The position numbers and the translations under genes were made by a program. DNA of 50,735 bases from Gemmatimonadota bacterium (lineage in GTDB: Bacteria; Gemmatimonadota; Gemmatimonadetes; Gemmatimonadales; GWC2-71-9): positions 1-50,735 of the forward strand of contig JAZDCZ010000411.1 in NCBI GenBank assembly GCA_036679605.1. Reading direction: 5' to 3'. The notes under the pieces were generated by a model. It saw only the letters and a list, made by a program, of their open reading frames with translations, was not told where the DNA came from and ran no database searches. Each line of letters opens with the position of its first letter. Within the stretch, counting starts at the first letter, position 1. Of this stretch, positions 47,810 through 50,735 are shown one piece after another.

Positions 47810-48802
47810 TCAATCAAACGCCAGTTCGCCTGCGGCCCGTAATTGACCCACCCGCTCGCCACGTGAGCTTAGGACCGGCAGCTCGGCGAAGCGGCGCAAC
47901 ACTGCCGACGGCGCAGGATCGAGTTTCAGGGCCTCGAGAACCGCGAGGAGCGCGACCATCGCTGCCCTGGGACTACCGTCTTCAACCTTGAGCGCGATGC
48001 CGAGCCGTCGCTCCGGAACGGCCGCTACGTAAACGCCCTCGGCCCCCACCTTGGCCAACACGCGCCCTGGATAGGCCCGCATGAGTTCACTGCACAATCG
48101 CCCCTTTCCCGCCACGTGGTACGGATGCTCGACCATGGCTGATACGATGGCACGGGGTGCGGGCTCCTCGCTGGTGGCCAGTTTGGCAATCGCGAACGCC
48201 AGGCGCGACAAAGGCAGCGCAAGGGCAACGACCGTACATCCGTCGACTCCTTCACCTATCTCATTTTCGTTCATTCCGGCCCAACGGGACAGCTCTCTCT
48301 TGACTCGCTGCTGAACAGGGTGATCCGACTGCTGATAGCCCTTGGTGACCCAACCATGGTGGAGGGCCAAGGCGAGCATACCGGTATGCTTGCCCGAACA
48401 GTTGCTGGCGAGCGGAGACGGAGGCTCTAGGGCTTCAGAGTCCAGGGGCGGAACGGCAAAGCTTCGGGCCAGCGCACGGTGCGCGCCACAGGCCAGATCG
48501 TCCTCGGTGCACCCGATACGTTCCAGAAACGCGGCAACGAGTGCCACCTGGCATTTTTCGGAGTTATGTGACGCGCATGCGAGTGCCAGTTCCTGCGGCG
48601 AGATATCGAATCGCTCGCGTACGCCGTCCTGCACAAGCGGCAACGCCTGAAACGGCTTGGCCGCCGAGCGCGAAAAGGTCACGAGGTGGGGATTCCCCGA
48701 CCGCGCAACTGACTCAAAGTCGTCGGTCACTACTGCAACAGCGACGCGATGCACGGACTCGACGATGCCTCCGCGAACGTTTTCTACGATTAGGGTTTTC
48801 AT
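47810..48802 (-). CDS. L-asparaginase II, Rhizobium AnsA-type (class 3)
   Basis: Motifs 'RSAAKPFQA', 'CASH', 'NCSGKH', 'DGC', 'AKVGAEGV', 'KVEDG'. Confidence 0.9.
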   Translation of the reverse strand: MKTLIVENVRGGIVESVHRVAVAVVTDDFESVARSGNPHLVTFSRSAAKPFQALPLVQDGVRERFDISPQELALACASHNSEKCQVALVAAFLERIGCTEDDLACGAHRALARSFAVPPLDSEALEPPSPLASNCSGKHTGMLALALHHGWVTKGYQQSDHPVQQRVKRELSRWAGMNENEIGEGVDGCTVVALALPLSRLAFAIAKLATSEEPAPRAIVSAMVEHPYHVAGKGRLCSELMRAYPGRVLAKVGAEGVYVAAVPERRLGIALKVEDGSPRAAMVALLAVLEALKLDPAPSAVLRRFAELPVLSSRGERVGQLRAAGELAFD

Positions 48803-48828
48803 TGGTGGAACAAAGATAGTCGAGCGAG

Positions 48829-49386
48829 CTACTCCGCTGAGTCGCCACCCTTGCGATGAGACTTGCTGCCCTTGCGGGGCTTGACTAGTACGGCGTCAGG
48901 TCTCCGCTTGCGAGACCCATGGTCACGAGGCATCGCCCCGGCTGTTTTGAACGCGCCGACACCCAACAGGGTGAACGCGATGGTGGCAGTAAAGTGTTTG
49001 AATAGGGCAAACAGCGCACCCGCCTGAAACGCGGCAACTCGCTCCGGCGGCGTGGTCGCCCTCAGTTCCAACACATCGAGAATGAAGAGCGGCATCACGA
49101 TCAGCAGGATGGCGGCCGAGACAACGCTCACCGCCGCCAGGATCTGCAGCACGGTTCGGTCTCTGAAGAACGTTGCGGCGAGGGTGGCAATCAGCATCCC
49201 CAAGAGCGGTGTATGGAGAAACCCGGATAGCAGCCCTGCGAACCCGTAGCGCCATTGCACATTACCCAATTGCGCCGGCAGAGTGTTGGTAATGAGATCG
49301 AAGATCGGAAAAAACAGCAGCAGCCCCGCCACAAAATAGATCCCGGCTACTGCCGGCTTGGAAAACGGTTGGGTGCCTTGGTTCAT
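48829..49386 (-). CDS. Hypothetical integral membrane protein (~4 TM helices, basic C-terminal tail)
   Basis: Four hydrophobic segments and a 'WRYGFAGLLS' motif. The start is probably ATG 49386 (ORF caller gives 49443). Confidence 0.7.
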   Translation of the reverse strand: MNQGTQPFSKPAVAGIYFVAGLLLFFPIFDLITNTLPAQLGNVQWRYGFAGLLSGFLHTPLLGMLIATLAATFFRDRTVLQILAAVSVVSAAILLIVMPLFILDVLELRATTPPERVAAFQAGALFALFKHFTATIAFTLLGVGAFKTAGAMPRDHGSRKRRPDAVLVKPRKGSKSHRKGGDSAE

Positions 49387-49451
49387 TGCTTTGGGTAGCC
49401 TTGGAAACAATCCGAAGGAATCAACGCGGGCATGATTGCACATCCCCCATC

Positions 49452-49494
49452 AAAAAGCAAACGAGCCGGTCGCACCGCAGGGTGACCGGCTCGT
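49452..49494 (-). terminator. Rho-independent terminator after the PEP-CTERM gene
   Basis: 11-bp perfect stem ACGAGCCGGTC/GACCGGCTCGT followed on the minus strand by TTGCTTTTT. Confidence 0.85.
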
Positions 49495-49519
49495 CAAACG
49501 ATTGGGGGACCCCTAGTAG

Positions 49520-50308
49520 CTAGCCCGTGTCGAGCACGCGGAATTTGAGCGCGCCTACGGCCACCGCGAGTAGCCCAGTCATCATGAGAAAGACGGTCTC
49601 TGGTTCCGGCACGACAGTGTGCACGAGATACTCCTGCACTCCCCCTATCTGACAGACATGGGTCTCCGCGTAGGCGGCATCGTTGCACTTGTCGCTCACC
49701 ACGGACCACTCGCTGAAGTTCATGCCGGTTCCCGCATAATTGTTCTGCATGGCTGCATTGGCAAGAGCCACAAATGGGTCCGCGTAAACCCATGCACCGG
49801 GCTCGAGGGAGGCGGTCCCGAAGCCTGGCGTGAGCGTCGCCCAGATGGCCGCCTGGATGCCCGACCAAACCGTCGCTTGGTCAGTGAACAAGCCTGTAGA
49901 TTCAAAGGTGGTGTTGTTCGCGAAATCGGCATATGAATCGTAAAGCGAAGCCAGAAACGCCGCCTTCTTGTACTTGGACACATCACTCATGCGAGTGTTG
50001 GTAAAACTTCCGCCGGCCAGATTAGTAATGTTGGCGTTCCAAGTCTGGTCCTTGTGGATGCTGTGCGCGAAATCGACGCAATAGAGTGTGATCTGTGGCT
50101 GGGTTGGGTCCGATATCATCATCGATGCGACGACCCCTTGGTAGGGACCTACGTGCACGTTACCCCAACTGGCTTTCACGCCGCTACCGCGGCTGAACAG
50201 GAAGGACTCCATCGGCCCGAGCGGCCGCGGCAGGACGTCCTGGGCGGCGGCCGGCTGGACTGCCAACATCAGCGCTGCTGATACTGCAAAAACCGCGGTT
50301 CGCTTCAT
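49520..50308 (-). CDS. PEP-CTERM (exosortase-sorted) surface protein, possible thioester domain
   Basis: Signal peptide 'MKRTAVF…PAAA-Q' after an AGGAAGAG SD. C-terminal 'VVPEPETVFLMMTGLLAVAVGALKFR'. Internal 'YCVD', 'IQAAIW', 'VQEYL'. Confidence 0.85.
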   Translation of the reverse strand: MKRTAVFAVSAALMLAVQPAAAQDVLPRPLGPMESFLFSRGSGVKASWGNVHVGPYQGVVASMMISDPTQPQITLYCVDFAHSIHKDQTWNANITNLAGGSFTNTRMSDVSKYKKAAFLASLYDSYADFANNTTFESTGLFTDQATVWSGIQAAIWATLTPGFGTASLEPGAWVYADPFVALANAAMQNNYAGTGMNFSEWSVVSDKCNDAAYAETHVCQIGGVQEYLVHTVVPEPETVFLMMTGLLAVAVGALKFRVLDTG

Positions 50309-50368
50309 CAAGTTCTCTTCCTGGTCTAGGCTCAAAACGTTGAGGCCATATGAGGTTCTCCCCGGAGG

Positions 50369-50385
50369 TTGCAAGGTCCGTTCCG
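50369..50385 (-). promoter_or_regulatory. Candidate sigma54 (-24/-12) promoter for the PEP-CTERM gene
   Basis: CGGAACGGACCTTGCAA: GG-N10-GC with TTGC, about 60 bp upstream of the ATG. Confidence 0.5.
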
Positions 50386-50431
50386 CCGATTCCGGCTCGC
50401 ACCGTCCTGAAACGCAATTGTCTGTACCACA

Positions 50432-50444
50432 TAAACCGTTGCTA
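50432..50444 (-). promoter_or_regulatory. Candidate IHF site
   Basis: TAGCAACGGTTTA has one mismatch to WATCAANNNNTTR and lies between the sigma54-like site and upstream palindromes. Confidence 0.4.
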
Positions 50445-50735
50445 CTTAGACACTTACGCTTTGTGCCGTTGCAGCGACAAGGCACCTCAGCTATGGGGCT
50501 CGGTCCACAGTGTTGCAACTGTGCCGAAGCAGGTGGCACACACCGGTGCGTGCCGAGTCAGTCTCCAGGGTGTTCGAGGGTGCCAAAACGCTCGCTCGGG
50601 GCCAGATGTTCGAGCGTTGATAAACGCTCGCTACCATGAGAAGGCCAAGTTGTCAAGTTCGCCGACGTGGCGGCTACGCCTGTGCTCATCGATTGGCTAC
50701 CATCCGCACTCTGATCGGTGCCCGTTTGCACCGGG

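Noticed and set aside
50414..50429. Second sigma54-like site TGGTACAGACAATTGC
   Set aside because: GG-to-GC spacing is 11 nt instead of the strict 10.
50309..50539. 77-aa Cys-rich N-terminal extension of the PEP-CTERM ORF
   Set aside because: The signal peptide and SD start at ATG 50308. The extension runs through the promoter region.
1..50735. CRISPR arrays, tRNA/rRNA, IS elements, prophage or anti-phage defence genes
   Set aside because: By eye I saw no spaced repeats, cloverleaf motifs, transposase/integrase or defence domains. The nucleases present (RecJ, XseAB, MutS2, DEDDh, RNase Y) are housekeeping types in housekeeping context.

Overview
This is a GC-rich bacterial chromosomal window. 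Gene content and protein style suggest Gemmatimonadota (ADOP-type ABC permease, PEP-CTERM protein, Ig-repeat lipoprotein), but that is inference, not a database result. Positions 1-12.4 kb are envelope/accessory: a partial ABC permease, hflKC, a 1776-aa Ig-repeat surface lipoprotein, a CLC-CBS anion transporter, and a predicted outer-membrane protein broken by a 5-bp tandem duplication. Positions 12.4-50.3 kb form one co-oriented minus-strand block. In transcription order it reads: PEP-CTERM protein, membrane protein, asparaginase II, obgE, dprA, hemW, hrcA, dnaJ, HIT, mutS2, dnaG, Zn-ribbon protein, recJ, rsmD, coaD, pta, STAS/anti-sigma kinase/GAF-PP2C module, rsmA, arcA, DEDDh exonuclease, MBL hydrolase, infC-rpmI-rplT-pheS-pheT, zapB-like, zapA, rny, folD, xseA, xseB, ispA, dxs, nadK, recN. 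I saw no tRNA, rRNA, CRISPR array, transposase, integrase or defence island. Most of the window is housekeeping, and I cannot claim a clearly new multi-gene system. The best leads are: (i) the giant lipoprotein with five alternating A/B Ig-like domain pairs and about 47 D-[ST]-hydrophobic motifs matching the Bacteroidota O-glycosylation sequon; (ii) a PEP-CTERM protein with thioester-domain-like motifs behind a sigma54/IHF-like promoter; (iii) an L20-leader-like attenuator and a probable CTG start for infC; (iv) a perfect Rex/CRP-type palindrome before an orphan arginine deiminase; (v) a CLC with altered selectivity and proton-transfer residues.
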